A DNA stretch of 64,000 bases. Source: Antedon mediterranea. Its lineage: Eukaryota; Animalia; Echinodermata. Both the position numbers and the translations under genes were made by a program. Positions 32,380 to 47,726 of this stretch are shown one piece after another; the stretch's first letter is position 1; each line of letters opens with the position of its first letter. The DNA is taken from positions 22,519,237-22,583,236 of the forward strand of contig NC_092672.1 of the NCBI RefSeq assembly GCF_964355755.1, written 5' to 3'. The notes beneath the pieces are model-generated. The model was not told where the DNA came from and did no database searches. It saw only the letters and a list, made by a program, of their open reading frames with translations.

Positions 32380-34930
32380 TCAATCACAATATCAAATATG
32401 ATCCGTGTAGTAACAATTTGATAACTTAGCATGCATCTTATAATATCTACATCATCAATAATTAATATTAATATAAATCTACAGTACATCACAATGTTGG
32501 ATATGATCTTTGTAGTCAAAATTTGATAACTGAGCACACATCTTTTAATAACTACCTTATCAATAACTATTAATAATGTCCTATATCACAATGTAGGATA
32601 TGATCAGTGTTAGTCATAATTTGATAACTGAGCACGCATCTTTTAATATCTACCTCATCAATAATTAATATTAATATCATAATATATCACATTGTTCGAT
32701 ATGATCAGTGTAGTCAGAATTTGATAACTGAGCACGCATCTTTTAATATATACCTTATCAATGACTATTAATAATATCCTATATCACAATGTTGGATATG
32801 ATTAGTGTAGTCATAATTTGATAACTGAGCACACATCTTTCAATATCTATTTCCTTCATCAATAATTATTATTAATAATTTATATCACATTGTTGGATAT
32901 GATCATTGTAGTCATAATTTGATAACTGAGCACGCATCTTTTAATATCTACCTCATCAATAATTAATATTAATAATCAATATCACATTGTTCGATATGAT
33001 CAGTGTAGTCATAATTTAATAACAGCACGCATCTTTTAATATACCTTATCAATAACTATTAATAATATCCTATATCACAATGTTGGATATGATCAGTGTA
33101 GTCATAATTTTATAACTGAGCACCCATCTTTCAATATCTATTTCATCAATAATTATTATTAATAATCTATATCACATTGTTGGTTATGATCAGTGTAGTC
33201 ATAATTTGATAACTGAGCAATAATCTTTTAATATCTACATCATCATTAATTAATATTAATAACCTATATCACATTGTTGGATATGATCTGTTTAGTTTTT
33301 TAATATATACCTTATCAATAACTATTAATAATATATTATATCACGTTGGATATGATCAGTGTAGTCAGAATTTGATAACTGAGCACGCATCTTTTAATAT
33401 CTACCTCATCAATAATTATTATTAATATCTTATATCACATTGTTCGATAATGATCAGTGTAGTCAGAATTTGATAACTGAGCACGCATCTTTTAATATCT
33501 ACCTCATCAATAATTAATATTAATAATCTATATCACATTGTTCGATATGATCAGTGTAGTCATAATTTGATAACTGAGCACGCATCTTTTAATATCTACC
33601 TTTCAATAATTATTATTAATAATCTATATCACATTGTTGGATATGATCAGTGTAGTCAGAATTTGATAACTGAGCATGCATCTTTTAATATCTACCTCAT
33701 CAATAATTAATATTAATAATCTATATTGCATTGTTCAATATGATCAGTGTAGTCATAATATAACTGAGCACGCATCTTTTAATATCTACCTTATCAATGA
33801 CTATTAATAATATCCTATATCACAATGTTGGATATGATCAGTGTAGTCATAATTTGATAACTGAGCACGCATCTTTCAATATCTATTTCATCAATAATTA
33901 TTATTAATAATTTATATCACATTGTTGGATATGATCATTGTAGTCATAATTTGATAACTGAGCATACATCTTTAGAATTACTTTTATTTAAGTATATAAA
34001 AGAATAATCTATAATTTAAAATGTTTTATATATTGTGAATTCATCAGATATTATCTATTGAACTGATATGGTTTTGTTTATTACAGCATAGTACATACAG
34101 CACTTTATGTTATGTTATTTATTTATTATTCAACATTTTTTGTTTGGTTTTTGACGTTATCAAATTTTTATTTTCTTTTAAGTTCTGTTATTCATTTGTT
34201 AATTTCGTAGCTTAAGTTAGTTTAAGATAAAAGGTACCAAGCTTGATTAGCTTCGGCTATACCTTGGCTACCTTTTGTATTGAAATTGTTTTTGTTTGAT
34301 ACAATAAAGAAGAAGAATATCTACCTCACTAATAATTAATATTAATAATCTATATTACACTGTTGGATATGATCTGTTTGGTTTTTTAATATCTACCTTA
34401 TCAATAACTATTAATAATATCCTATATCACAATGTTGGATATGATCAGTGTAGTCATAGTTTGATAACTGAGCATGCATCTTTTAATATCTACCTCATCA
34501 ATAATTATTATTAATAATCTATATCACAATGTTGGATATGATTAGTGTAGTCATAATTTGATAACTGAGCATGCATCTTTCAATATCTATTTCATCAATA
34601 ATTATTATTAATAATCTATATCACATAGTTGGATATGATCAGTGTAGTCATAAATTGATAACTGAGCAAAAATCTTTTAATATCTGCATCATCATTAATT
34701 AATATTAATAATCTATATCAAACTGTTGGATATGATCTGTTTAGTTTTTTAATATCTATCTTTTCCATAACTATTAATAATATTCTATATCACAATTTTG
34801 GATATGATCAGTGTAATCATAGTTTGAACTACCTCAACAATAATTAATATTAATTGTCTATATACCAATATCAAATATGATCAGTGTAGGCCTAGTCATT
34901 TGATAACTGAGCATGCATCATTTTATATCT
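32380..34930 (+). repeat. ~97-bp satellite array (left arm), diverged, interrupted at ~33975-34315
   Basis: GGATATGATCAGTGTAGTCATAATTTGATAACTGAGCACGCATC core. Confidence 0.95.
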
Positions 34931-35029
34931 GCTTCAAATATTAATATTGTCTTAATATAATAAGTGGTTTGAAGGATGATTGCAGATGGCCTTTTTTACA
35001 TTGTAAAGTTCAATTTATCCAAAAGGTCA

Positions 35030-37725
35030 AACTTTGACCTATTTCAATAAAATCATTTCATAAGTTGTCTTCTTTTATAGTTTTAGTGATAATCAATATT
35101 AAGTGGTTTTTTACCCCAAAAATGTCAAACCTAGAGCTATTTAATAATAAAATGATTTTATAAATTGTCTTCTTTTATATTTCTAGTAATGGTATAATCA
35201 GTATTCAATTGTTTGAATGATGTTTGTGAGGTATTTTTTAATTAAGTTTACGCAGTTTAGATGGTAAAATCTGTCAATTATCCAAAATTGACATTTTTCA
35301 CTCCTAAAAAAATCTTAGAGCCATTTCAATAAAATTATTTCATAAATTGTCCTCTTTTTATGGTTCTAATAATGATATAATCAAAGTGGTTTGGATGATG
35401 TTTGTGGGGTGTTTTTTAAAAGTTTGCACAGTTTACATGGTAAAATGTGTCAATTTATTCCTAGAGCTATTTCAATAAAATTATTTCATAATCACCCCAA
35501 AAATGTCAAACCTAGAACTATTTTAATAAAATGATTTCATAAATTGTCTTCTTTTATAGTTCTAGTAGTGGTATAATCAGTATTCAATTGTTTGAATGAT
35601 GTTTGTGGGGTATTTTTTAATTAAGTTTACGCAGTTTACATGGTAAAATCTGTCAATTATCCAAAATTGACATTTTTCACTCCTAAAAAAATAGAGCCAT
35701 TTCAATAAAATTATTTCATAAATTGTCCTCTTTTATAGTTCTAATAATGATATAATCAATATTAAGTGGTTTGGATGATGTTTGTGGGGTGTTTTTTAAA
35801 AGTTTGCACAGTTGACATGGTAAAATGTGTCAATTTATACCTAGAACTATTTTAATAAAATGATTTCATAAATTGTCCTCTTTTATAGTTCTAGTAGTGG
35901 TATAATCAATATTAAGTTGTTTGGATGATGTTTGTGGGGTGTTTTTTTTAAAGTTTGCACAGTTTACATGGTAAAATCTGTCAATTTATCCAAAATTGAC
36001 ATTTTTCACCCTAAAAAGTCAAACTTCAGAGCTATTTCAATAAATTGATTTCAAAAATTCTCTTTTTTTACAGTTCTAGTAGTGATATAATCAATATTAA
36101 GTTGTTTGAATGATGTTTGTGGGGTGTTTTTGTTAAGTTAGCATTAAGTTTACGCAGTTTACATGGCAAAATCTGTAAATTTATCCAAAATTGACATTTT
36201 TTACCCTAAAAATTCAAACCAGAGCTATTTCAATAAAGTTATTTCATAAATTGTCCTCTTTTATAGTTCTAGTAGTGGTATAATCAATATTAAGTTGTTT
36301 GGATGATGTTTGTAGGTGTTTTTTAAAAGTTTGCATTAAGTTTACGCAGTTTACATGGTAAAATCTGTAAATTTATCCAAAATTGACATTTTTTACCCTA
36401 AAAATTCAAACCTAGAGCTATTTCAATAAAATTATTTCATAAATTGTCCTCTTTTATAGTTCTAGTAGTGGTATACTCAATATTAAGTGGTTTGGATGAT
36501 GTTTGTGGGGTGTTTTTTTAAAGTTTGCACAGTTTACATGGCAAAATCTGTAAATTTATCCAAAATTGACATCTTTTACCCTAAAAATTCAAACCTAGAG
36601 CTATTTCAATAAAATTATTTCATAAATTGTCCTCTTTTATAGTTCTTGTAGTGGTATAATCAATATTAAGTGGTTTGGATGATGTTTGTGGGTGTTTTTT
36701 TAAAGTTTGCATTAAGTTTACGCTGTTTAAATGGTAAAATCTGTAAATTTATCCAAAATTGACATTTTTCACCCTAAAAAGTCAAACTTAGAGCTATTTC
36801 AATAAATTGATTTCATAAATTGTCCTCTTTTATAGTTCTAGTAGTGGTATAATCAATATTAAGTTGTTTGGATGATGTTTGTGGGGTGTTTTTGTTAAGT
36901 TAGCATTAAGTTTACGCAGTTTACATGGTAAAATCTGTAAATTTATCCAAAATTGACATTTTTCACCCTAAAAAGTCAAACTTAGAGCTATTTCAATAAA
37001 TTGATTTCAAAAATTCTCTTCTTTTACAGTTCTAGTAGTGATATAATCAATATTAAGTTGTTTGAATGATGTTTGTGGGGTGTTTTTGTTAAGTTAGCAT
37101 TAAGTTTACGCAGTTTACATGGCAAAATCTGTAAATTTATCCAAAATTGACATTTTTTACCCTAAAAATTCAAACCAGAACTATTTCAATAAAATTATTT
37201 CATAAATTGTCCTCTTTTATAGTTCTAGTAGTGGTATAATCAATATTAAGTTGTTTGGATGATGTTTGTGGGTTTTTTTTTAAAGTTTGCATTAAGTTTA
37301 CGCAGTTTACATGGTAAAATCTGTAAATTTATCCAAAATTGACATTTTTTACCCTAAAAATTCAAACCTAGAGCTATTTCAATAAAATTATTTCATAAAT
37401 TGTCCTCTTTTATAGTTCTAGTAGTGGTATACTCAATATTAAGTGGTTTGGATGATGTTTGTGGGGTGTTTTTTTAAAGTTTGCACAGTTTACATGGCAA
37501 AATCTGTAAATTTATCCAAAATTGACATCTTTTACCCTAAAAATTCAAACCTAGAGCTATTTCAATGAAATTATTTCATAAATTGTCCTCTTTTATAGTT
37601 CTTGTAGTGGTATAATCAATATTAAGTTGTTTGGATGATGTTTGTGGGTGTTTTTTTAAAGTTAGCATTAAGTTTACGCAGTTTAAATAGTAAAATCTGT
37701 AAATTTATCCAAAATTGACATTTTA
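35030..37725. repeat. ~183-193-bp satellite array, ~14 units
   Basis: AGAGCTATTTCAATAAA recurs at 36028, 36221, 36414, 36597 and 36790. Confidence 0.93.
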
Positions 37726-38403
37726 AAACACAAACTAGGTTGTAAAAAGTGAAGGAAATCATTACATTTTAATATTGTTTGGTAATAAAGATGCTTATCA
37801 TAGTCAAATGGCAATAACTGATTAGCCGAGACCAATGACATTTAAAACAACTCCTACTTAAAATTCCCTACTTATACAGTACAGCAGCTTTTTGATTGGC
37901 TGCAAGTTTAGTTTTCTGTTCGTTCATCAGAAATGGTATAAATAATTATTAATCAATAAGATTACTGGATTTCTTTAGTATTTCTGACACATTTCAAATC
38001 TTAATTGAATTATTAATGTAATGGAAATTTGTCATAGGCCTATTATAGCAACATATCATTTCTGGAAGAGCATTACGGTCTGAATAGATCGATGTTAAAA
38101 CACACGTCCTCATTTATCAAATTATTCATTCACTGCACATTTATTCTGTTAAGAAGAACTGGGACCCTCAATAGAAGCCAAAGCATGTCTCATGATGGCC
38201 CCTACAATACATATCAAACATAAAAAGATATGGAATATTTTTATTTTTACAACGGCACACGTTCATCATAAACGATGCGTTCTTAAAAGTATAAATTTAA
38301 ACAGCAAACGGATACAAATCAATAGGGTAATTAGGAACAAAAGAATAACACATTTTCAAAATCCATCGACTCGATCTCTTGTATACAGTAAATCTAACAA
38401 AAT

Positions 38404-41400
38404 CACACTGATCATATCCAACATTAAGTATTAATAATTATTATTGATTAGGTAGATATTAAAAGATGCGTTATAACAAATTATGAATATACAGATCATA
38501 TCCAACAATGTGACATAGATTATTAATAATAATTATTGATGAGGTAGATATTTAAAGATGCGTGCTCAGTTATCAAATTATGACTACACTGATTATATCC
38601 AACAGTGTGATGTAGAGTATTAATAATATTATTGATGAAATAGATATTAAAAGATGCGTGCTCAGTTATCAAATTCTGACTACACTGATCATATCCAACA
38701 ATGTGATATAAGATATTAATAACAATTATTGATGAGGTAGATATTGAAAGATGCGTGCTCAGTTATCAAATTCTGACTACACTGATCATATCCAACAATG
38801 TGATATAAGATATTAATAATAATTATTGATGAGGTAGATATTAAAAGATGCGTGCTCAGTTATCAAATTATGACTACACTGATCATATCCCACAATGTGA
38901 TATAGATTATTATTAATAATTATTGATGATGTAGATATTTAAAGATGCGTGCTCAGTTATCAAATTCTGACTACACTAATCGTATCCAACATTGTGATAT
39001 AAGATCTTAATAATAATTATTGATGAGGTAGATATTTAAAGATGCGTGCTCAGTTATCAAATTAAGACTACACTGATCATATCCCACAATGTGATATAGA
39101 TTATTATTAATAATTATTGATGATGTAGATATTTAAAGATGCGTGCTCAGTTATCAAATTATGACTACACTGATCATATCAAACAATGTGATATAAGATA
39201 TTAATAATAATTATTGATGATGTAGATATTGAAAGATGCGTGCTCAGTTATCAAATTATGACTACACTAATCATATCCCAAAATGTGATATAGATTATTA
39301 TTAATAATTATTGATGATGTAGATATTTAAAGATGCGTGCTCAGTTATCAAATTATGACTACACTGATTATATCCAACAATGTGATATAGATTATTAATA
39401 ATAATTATTGATGAGGTAGATATTTAAAGATGCGTGCTCAGTTATCAAATTATGACTACACTGATCATATCCAACAATGTGATTTAGATTATTAACATTA
39501 ATTATTGATGAGGTATATATTAAAAGATGCGTGCTCAGTTATCAAATTATGACTACACTGATCATATCAAACAATGTGCTATAGATTATTAATAATAATT
39601 ATTGATGAGGTAGATATTAAAAGATGCGTGCTCAGTTATCAAATTCTGACTACACTGATCATATCCAACAATGTGATATAAGATATTAATAATAATTATT
39701 GATGAGGTAGATATTAAAAGATGCGTGCTCAGTTATCAAATTCTGACTACACTGATCATATCAAACAATGTGATATAAGATATTAATAATAATTATTGAT
39801 GATGTAGATATTGAAAGATGCGTGCTCAGTTATCAAATTATGACTACACTAATCATATCCCAAAATGTGATATAGATTATTATTAATAATTATTGATGAT
39901 GTAGATATTTAAAGATGCGTGCTCAGTTATCAAATTATGACTACACTGATTATATCCAACAATGTGATATAGATTATTAATAATAATTATTGATGAGGTA
40001 GATATTTAAAGATGCGTGCTCAGTTATCAAATTATGACTACACTGATCATATCCAACAATGTGATTTAGATTATTAACATTAATTATTGATGAGGTAGAT
40101 ATTAAAAGATGCGTGCTCAGTTATCAAATTATGACTACACTGATCATATCAAACAATGTGCTATAGATTATTAATAATAATTATTGATGAGGTAGATATT
40201 AAAAGATGCGTGCTCAGTTATCAAATTCTGACTACACTGATCATATCAAACAATGTGCTATAGATTATTAATAATAATTATTGATGAGGTAGATATTTAA
40301 AGATGCGTGCTCAGTTATCAAATTATGACTACACTGATCATATCAAACAATGTGCTATAGATTATTAATAATAATTATTGATGAGGTAGATATTAAAAGA
40401 TGCGTGCTCAGTTATCAAATTCTGACTACACTGATCATATCCAACAATGTGATATAAGATATTAATAATAATTATTGATGAGGTAGATATTAAAAGATGC
40501 GTGCTCAGTTATCAAATTCTGACTACACTGATCATATCGAACAATGTGATATATGATATTATTAATAATTATTGATTAGGTGGATATTTAAAGATGCGTG
40601 CTCAGTTATCAAATTATGACTACACTGATCATATCCAAAAATGTGATATAGATTATTATTAATAATTATTGATGATGTAGATATTTAAAGATGCGTGCTC
40701 AGTTATCAAATTATGACTACACTGATCATATCAAACAATGTGCTATAGATTATTAATAATAATTATTGATGAGGTAGATATTAAAAGATGCGTGCTCAGT
40801 TATCAAATTATGACTACACTGATTATATCCAACAATGTGATATAGATTATTAATAATAATTATTGATGAGGTAAGATATTTAAAGATGCGTGCTCAGTTA
40901 TCAAATTCTGACTACACTGATCATATCCAACAATGTGATATAAGATATTAATAATAATTATTGATGAGGTAGATATTAAAAGATGCGTGCTCAGTTATCA
41001 AATTATGACTACACTGATCATATCCCAAAATGTGATATAGATTATTATTAATAATTATTGATGATGTAGATATTTAAAGATGCGTGCTCAGTTATCAAAT
41101 TATGACTACACTGATCATATCCAACAATGTGATATAAGATATTAATAATAATTATTGATGAGGTAGATATTAAACGATGCGTGCTCAGTAATCAAATTAT
41201 GACTACACTGATCATATCAAACAATGTGATTTAGATTATTAACATTAATTATTGATGAGGTAGATATTAAAAGGTGCGTGCTCAGTTATCAAATTATGAC
41301 TACAATGATCATATCAAACAATGTGCTATAGATTATTAATAATAATTATTGATGAGGTAGATATTAAAAGATGCGTGCTCAGTTATCAAATTCTGACTAC

Positions 41401-43831
41401 ACTGATCATATCCAACAATGTGATATAAGATATTAATAATAATTATTGATGAGGTAGATATTAAAAGATGCGTGCTCAGTTATCAAATTCTGACTACACT
41501 GATCATATCAAACAATGTGATATAAGATATTAATAATAATTATTGATGATGTAGATATTGAAAGATGCGTGCTCAGTTATCAAATTATGACTACACTAAT
41601 CATATCCCAAAATGTGATATAGATTATTATTAATAATTATTGATGATGTAGATATTTAAAGATGCGTGCTCAGTTATCAAATTATGACTACACTGATTAT
41701 ATCCAACAATGTGATATAGATTATTAATAATAATTATTGATGAGGTAGATATTTAAAGATGCGTGCTCAGTTATCAAATTATGACTACACTGATCATATC
41801 CAACAATGTGATTTAGATTATTAACATTAATTATTGATGAGGTAGATATTAAAAGATGCGTGCTCAGTTATCAAATTATGACTACACTGATCATATCAAA
41901 CAATGTGCTATAGATTATTAATAATAATTATTGATGAGGTAGATATTAAAAGATGCGTGCTCAGTTATCAAATTCTGACTACACTGATCATATCAAACAA
42001 TGTGCTATAGATTATTAATAATAATTATTGATGAGGTAGATATTTAAAGATGCGTGCTCAGTTATCAAATTATGACTACACTGATCATATCAAACAATGT
42101 GCTATAGATTATTAATAATAATTATTGATGAGGTAGATATTAAAAGATGCGTGCTCAGTTATCAAATTCTGACTACACTGATCATATCCAACAATGTGAT
42201 ATAAGATATTAATAATAATTATTGATGAGGTAGATATTAAAAGATGCGTGCTCAGTTATCAAATTCTGACTACACTGATCATATCGAACAATGTGATATA
42301 TGATATTATTAATAATTATTGATTAGGTGGATATTTAAAGATGCGTGCTCAGTTATCAAATTATGACTACACTGATCATATCCAAAAATGTGATATAGAT
42401 TATTATTAATAATTATTGATGATGTAGATATTTAAAGATGCGTGCTCAGTTATCAAATTATGACTACACTGATCATATCAAACAATGTGCTATAGATTAT
42501 TAATAATAATTATTGATGAGGTAGATATTAAAAGATGCGTGCTCAGTTATCAAATTATGACTACACTGATTATATCCAACAATGTGATATAGATTATTAA
42601 TAATAATTATTGATGAGGTAAGATATTTAAAGATGCGTGCTCAGTTATCAAATTCTGACTACACTGATCATATCCAACAATGTGATATAAGATATTAATA
42701 ATAATTATTGATGAGGTAGATATTAAAAGATGCGTGCTCAGTTATCAAATTATGACTACACTGATCATATCCCAAAATGTGATATAGATTATTATTAATA
42801 ATTATTGATGATGTAGATATTTAAAGATGCGTGCTCAGTTATCAAATTATGACTACACTGATCATATCCAACAATGTGATATAAGATATTAATAATAATT
42901 ATTGATGAGGTAGATATTAAAAGATGCGTGCTCAGTAATCAAATTATTACTACACTGATCATATCCAACAATGTGATTTAGATTATTAACATTAATTATT
43001 GATGAGGTAGATATTAAAAGGTGCGTGCTCAGTTATCAAATTATGACTACAATGATCATATCAAACAATGTGCTATAGATTATTAATAATAATTATTGAT
43101 GAGGTAAACATTTAAAGATGCGTGCTCAGTTATCAAATTATGACTACACTGATCATATCCAACAATGTGATATAAGATATTAATAATAATTATTGATGAG
43201 GTAGATATTAAAAGATGCGTGCTCAGTTATCAAATTCTGACTACACTGATCATATCGCACAATGTGATATATTAGTAATAATTATTGATGAGGTAGATAT
43301 TAAAAGATGCGTGCTCAGTTATCAAATTTTGACTACACTGATTATATCGAACAATGTGATATAGATTATTAATAATAATTATTGATGAGGTAGATATTAA
43401 AAGATGCGTGCTCAGTTATCAAATTCTGACTACACTGATCATATCGCACAATGTGATATAGATTATTAGTAATAATTATTGATGAGGTAGATATTAAAAG
43501 ATGCGTGCTCAGTTATCAAATTTTGACTACACTGATTATATCGAACAATGTGATATAGATTATTAATAATAATTATTGATGAGGTAGATATTAAAAGATG
43601 CGTGCTCAGTTATCAAATTATGACTACACTGATCATATCCAACAATCTGATATATGATATCAATGCTAATTATTGATGAGGTAGATATTAAAAGATGCGT
43701 GCTCAGTTATCAAATTGTAACTACACTGATCATATCCAACAATCTGATATATGATATCAATGCTAATTATTGATGAGGTAGATATTAAAAGATGCGTGCT
43801 CAGTTATCAAATTGTAACTACACTGATCATA
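38404..43831 (-). repeat. 97-bp satellite array (right arm), ~56 units, reverse complement of the left array
   Basis: GATGCGTGCTCAGTTATCAAATTATGACTACACTGATCATATCC core every 97 bp. Confidence 0.97.
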
Positions 43832-45887
43832 ATACTGTACATAGTCCTTTATGCATTAGACATTGATTTAGTAGTACTACATATCATTTGTTATATTAAG
43901 AATGTTGTTTTAGTGTTATTAAAATACTTATCGAATTTTTTTGAAAATAAAAATATTAGTATTGGTACCTATTAATTTATATACTATAATAACATGCTAG
44001 ATGTTATAATAATGTGATCTTTATTACAACTAAGAAACAGTTATGTACGAGGATGATACACACTGATAGTTCTCAGTTATCAAAAAACGACTACACAATA
44101 TAGCTCAAATAATCGGTCAACTCGGCCCCATTAAAGTATGGAACGCAAAAAGTGCAAATGAAGGGGATTGATAAAATAATATTTCTTCACAATTTTTTAA
44201 CTATGAATAATTCTGACTTTTAATGAATATTAATATTTAGAGAATAATATATTTAGCAAAAAAAATAGGAATGATTTCACCAACTTTCCTTTATTTACGT
44301 TTAATAAAATTTCAAATTGCACAATTGAAAACAATTCGTAGCTGCGCCTCCCTGTGCGTTTGGCAGCTTTTTCGATATCTACAACTGCTATGTGTTTTCG
44401 CTGACCGGGGGTCGGGGGATTCCCCTTTTTTAAAAACGCAAAGCATGGACAAAAACGATGTACGATCATTTTTTCTATGGCCAAATGTGATGGAACGTAG
44501 GCCTCCGTCTTCGATTTACTAAATCATAAATGCAATAGGCCTACCTGCACATGTTTTTGTAACACGCGGGTACTTCTATTCATATCGGCAATGAGTTCAC
44601 AGGGAAAAATTTCATTTGAAAATTTTGTTTAGCAAAATTGCTAATCAAACTGATTTTTTAGTCAAGAAAGATAGTTTTGTATTGTATTTTTTGCTAGGCC
44701 TACACAATTGTAGAAATGTGTAGCAAAAAGGTTGTTTTGTATAGCTTTTTGCTATGCTACACTGGCGAAATTATTCCCTGGTTCATTTTTTTATATGATA
44801 TTATTATATTATATTTTTTATTTCTTCATTTTTTAGAGTGGATAGGCCTAGGCCTAGTAATAATCATAATAACATTAAGTACTTTTTGCGTTCCATACTT
44901 TAATATTGTGGCCGAGTTGCAGTTGACCGATTAGTTTTTGGCCGAGTTGATGTGAGGCCGAGTTGACTTGAGGCCGAGTTGACTTGGGGCCGACTTGACG
45001 TGGGGCCGACTTGACTTTGGCCGAGACGGTTGGGGCCGACTTGACCTGCACCCAATAATACCCTACCCAGGCCTACCTACCTAGCCTAGGCTACTAGCTA
45101 GGCTATATAGCCTACTAGGCTAGGAGTATAGAGGCTAGGCCTACTAGGCTAGCCTGGATAAACAATGCAAGCAAGCCTGACGTTCCATACTAAATACATG
45201 CGGCCGAACTCGTTGGCGGCCGAACACGACGGTATTCCTACATGGTGGTGGCACAAAAAAGTTTTCAGGAATCATGACTGTTACTTAGTGTTGACATATT
45301 TTGAACTTTAGTTCCCGGTAATATTTTACATATTTTATGGTAAAGTTAAGCTATCAGTGACTTTTGTAAAGGATAACAATAGGCCATTCCAACAATACAG
45401 GTGCCTAAGCCTACTAATAATTATTAAGCTAATAAGACAAGAATGATTTTAGCCTTAGGCTACTATAGTAAGCTGTGTAGTAAGTACTGTATGTAGGCTA
45501 AAGTTAAGCCCCCGATCCGGCCTCACTATGGCCTAGCTAGCTGAGATTTAGGTACCTGTCTTTCTGTAACAGCAGTCTATCACAGCTTTTCCGACTGGCG
45601 AGGTATGCAAGACTTGATAATTTTAAGATTGAATGCCTACAACTTAAGCAATAAATCTGTTTAATATCTTGGTAGCAAAAATGATACATTAGTTACTATA
45701 CAGTGTGTGCCGCAATATTTTGGTATGACCCACTATACGACAAGATTACATGGTTTTGTATATATTTTGTTCTCTAATTTTTTTAATTCCACAATTTTTC
45801 CAGTCATCATCTTAATTTTGTAAAGCTCGGTTTAATACCTTTAGCAGAGGCATCATTTTTTACATTTGTTTCTTGAAGGTATTTGTA

Positions 45888-46973
45888 GGGTGTCACGAAA
45901 GCTCAGACCACGAAAGCTCAGACCCCCTAAGACCTAAGATCACGAAAGCTAAGACCCAACACCTAAGATTACAAATACTAAGATATACTACAGCTTAAAA
46001 ACAATGCTTGTTTATCCATACATAATTTTAAACACAGTAGGTTTCATTTATTACCATAAATATAATTTAATACTACCGCAAAACATAGATAAACTCACAT
46101 TATTTTCGCCCGTTGAGTAAATGTATATTTTTTCTTTACAACAAACAAACTTGACGGGTTGTTTGTTGGTATATATTTACTCCATTGTGTTGGTTCAGAG
46201 GATGTTTTTCTTACGCACCTGCCTTTCTTGTATTTTGACTCCAAATTTGTTGACTAACTTTATCCTGAACACCACACTTTAAAATTAGGACTTATAAGTA
46301 CTTTCAGAAGGAGAAACACATAATAACAAATAAATAAATCCTTTAAATTGATGATTTTACAGATGTGTTTCTTTGTATACTGTAATGACAATGTAACTCC
46401 TCGAGCTCCCCATGCTCAATGTTTTTTGTTTCTATGGAGCGCCAAAAGAGCAACAATAATAGTACAAGTATAAAAACAGAAAGAAAACGAAACAAAAAAC
46501 ATATCATGATTTTTAAATTAAAATTTATTTGCCAGTATTTATTTCTTCGTACTTGCATGATTATACTATTATCATTACAATTTTAATTTTACATTGTTCC
46601 ATCCACACTGTAGATGGACTCCACAGAGTTTTCAGCCCTCTATATAATTTTTGCTCTTTTGACGTTCCATAGAAACAAAAACATTGAACATGGCCCATGG
46701 GGTAGGCCTACTGTACTGTAGGCTAGTCATTTTGTGTGCGAGAAAAACGTCTGTAAAATCATCAATTTAAAAATGTATTTGTTACTTTTTATGTGATTCT
46801 TTTTCATGAAAGTGCCAATTCTAAGGTGTGGTATTCAGAATAAATGTTGGGAGTTAAAATACAAGGCAGGTGCGAAAGATAAATATTTGTAATCTTAGGT
46901 GTTGGGTCTTAGCTTTCGTGATCTTAGGTCTTAGGGGGTCTGGGCTTTCGTGGTCTGAGCTTTCGTGACACCC
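45888..46973. mobile_element. MULE-like MITE with ~90-bp TIRs and 9-10-bp TSD
   Basis: GGGTGTCACGAAAGCTCAGACC...GGTCTGAGCTTTCGTGACACCC; GGTATTTGTA on both flanks; additional internal inverted arms. Confidence 0.92.
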
Positions 46974-47604
46974 GGTATTTGTATCATGAACACATTCTCT
47001 ACGTTACCAAACTGTTCCAAGCCAAACACACACCATTTAACAAACGACTGACACAAAAAATCTATGAGCGTAGTCAGCCTAGACGAGTACTAAGTCTTAC
47101 CATTTGCCTCTTTTTTCATTTAAGGTAAAGATTAATAAGATAATAAATTAGTAACTTCTATCATAATTAATTATGGAAAACTACAGGGATATTGTAAATT
47201 AGAAATGTGAAGTATGAATATATTCACTGTGATGTAACACATACACATCTATCAGGCACACACTGCAGAATAAGAGTAATTTTCAGAATAATCATAATAA
47301 TTAATAGGTCTTGATAGTAGAGTAGAGGGAGGCCATTGCCCCTGTATCCGCCCTCTGTTGATCTTGCATTCGCCTGCATCATGGTTTTTCAAGGTTAAAC
47401 AAACTTCCTGTTGAAATACTGACTGTTCTATTTAACTCAGTTCAACCTTGTTTTAACAATAGTCAATCTTTCAATTCATGACATTTTCTCACTACAACTC
47501 AAACATTCATTATTTGCATACTAATAAATTGCATTAGTGCCAAGCCATAATAACATCAATTTCCATAGACAGCTGCCAATACTGTAAACTATTTTATTTT
47601 GCAG

Positions 47605-47726
47605 GTTCCTAACTGGGCAGCAGTGCCTCTTGTGGTTGTTACCTTACCACAAAGGCAGAAATAGCAAAGCATTGAAGAAGACTGCTCATAAAAGTGCGCC
47701 AAGGAAATGTCAGACAACATAGTACG
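47605..47726 (+). other. Candidate exon of a divergent plus-strand gene (5' UTR plus possible start MSDNIVR)
   Basis: Strong acceptor TATTTTATTTTGCAG, donor CG|GTATGT, ATG at 47707. No homology is recognisable. Confidence 0.4.

Larger units (their letters stand above)
30903..44105. mobile_element. Foldback-like non-autonomous element with satellite-expanded arms
   Basis: Terminal IR AGGTATAGTATGTAGTTGTTTTTTGATAACAGAGAACTATCA / TGATAGTTCTCAGTTATCAAAAAACGACTACACAATATAGCT; flanking AAAATAATC / CAAATAATC; inverted internal arrays. Confidence 0.8.
30750..45052. mobile_element. MULE-like MITE (~1.1 kb) split by a 13.2-kb insertion
   Basis: Arrays of GTCAA(G/C)TCGGCC at 30761-30896 and inverted at 44910-45045. 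The left arm resumes at 44115. Possible degenerate 9-bp TSD CTGTAATAC/CAATAATAC. Confidence 0.75.

Noticed and set aside
30903-44105. Autonomous transposase within the Foldback-like element
   Set aside because: No long ORF or DDE motif in the ORF track for this region.
47605-47726. PIGW as the divergent neighbour (as in vertebrates)
   Set aside because: No PIGW-like coding sequence recognisable in the window.
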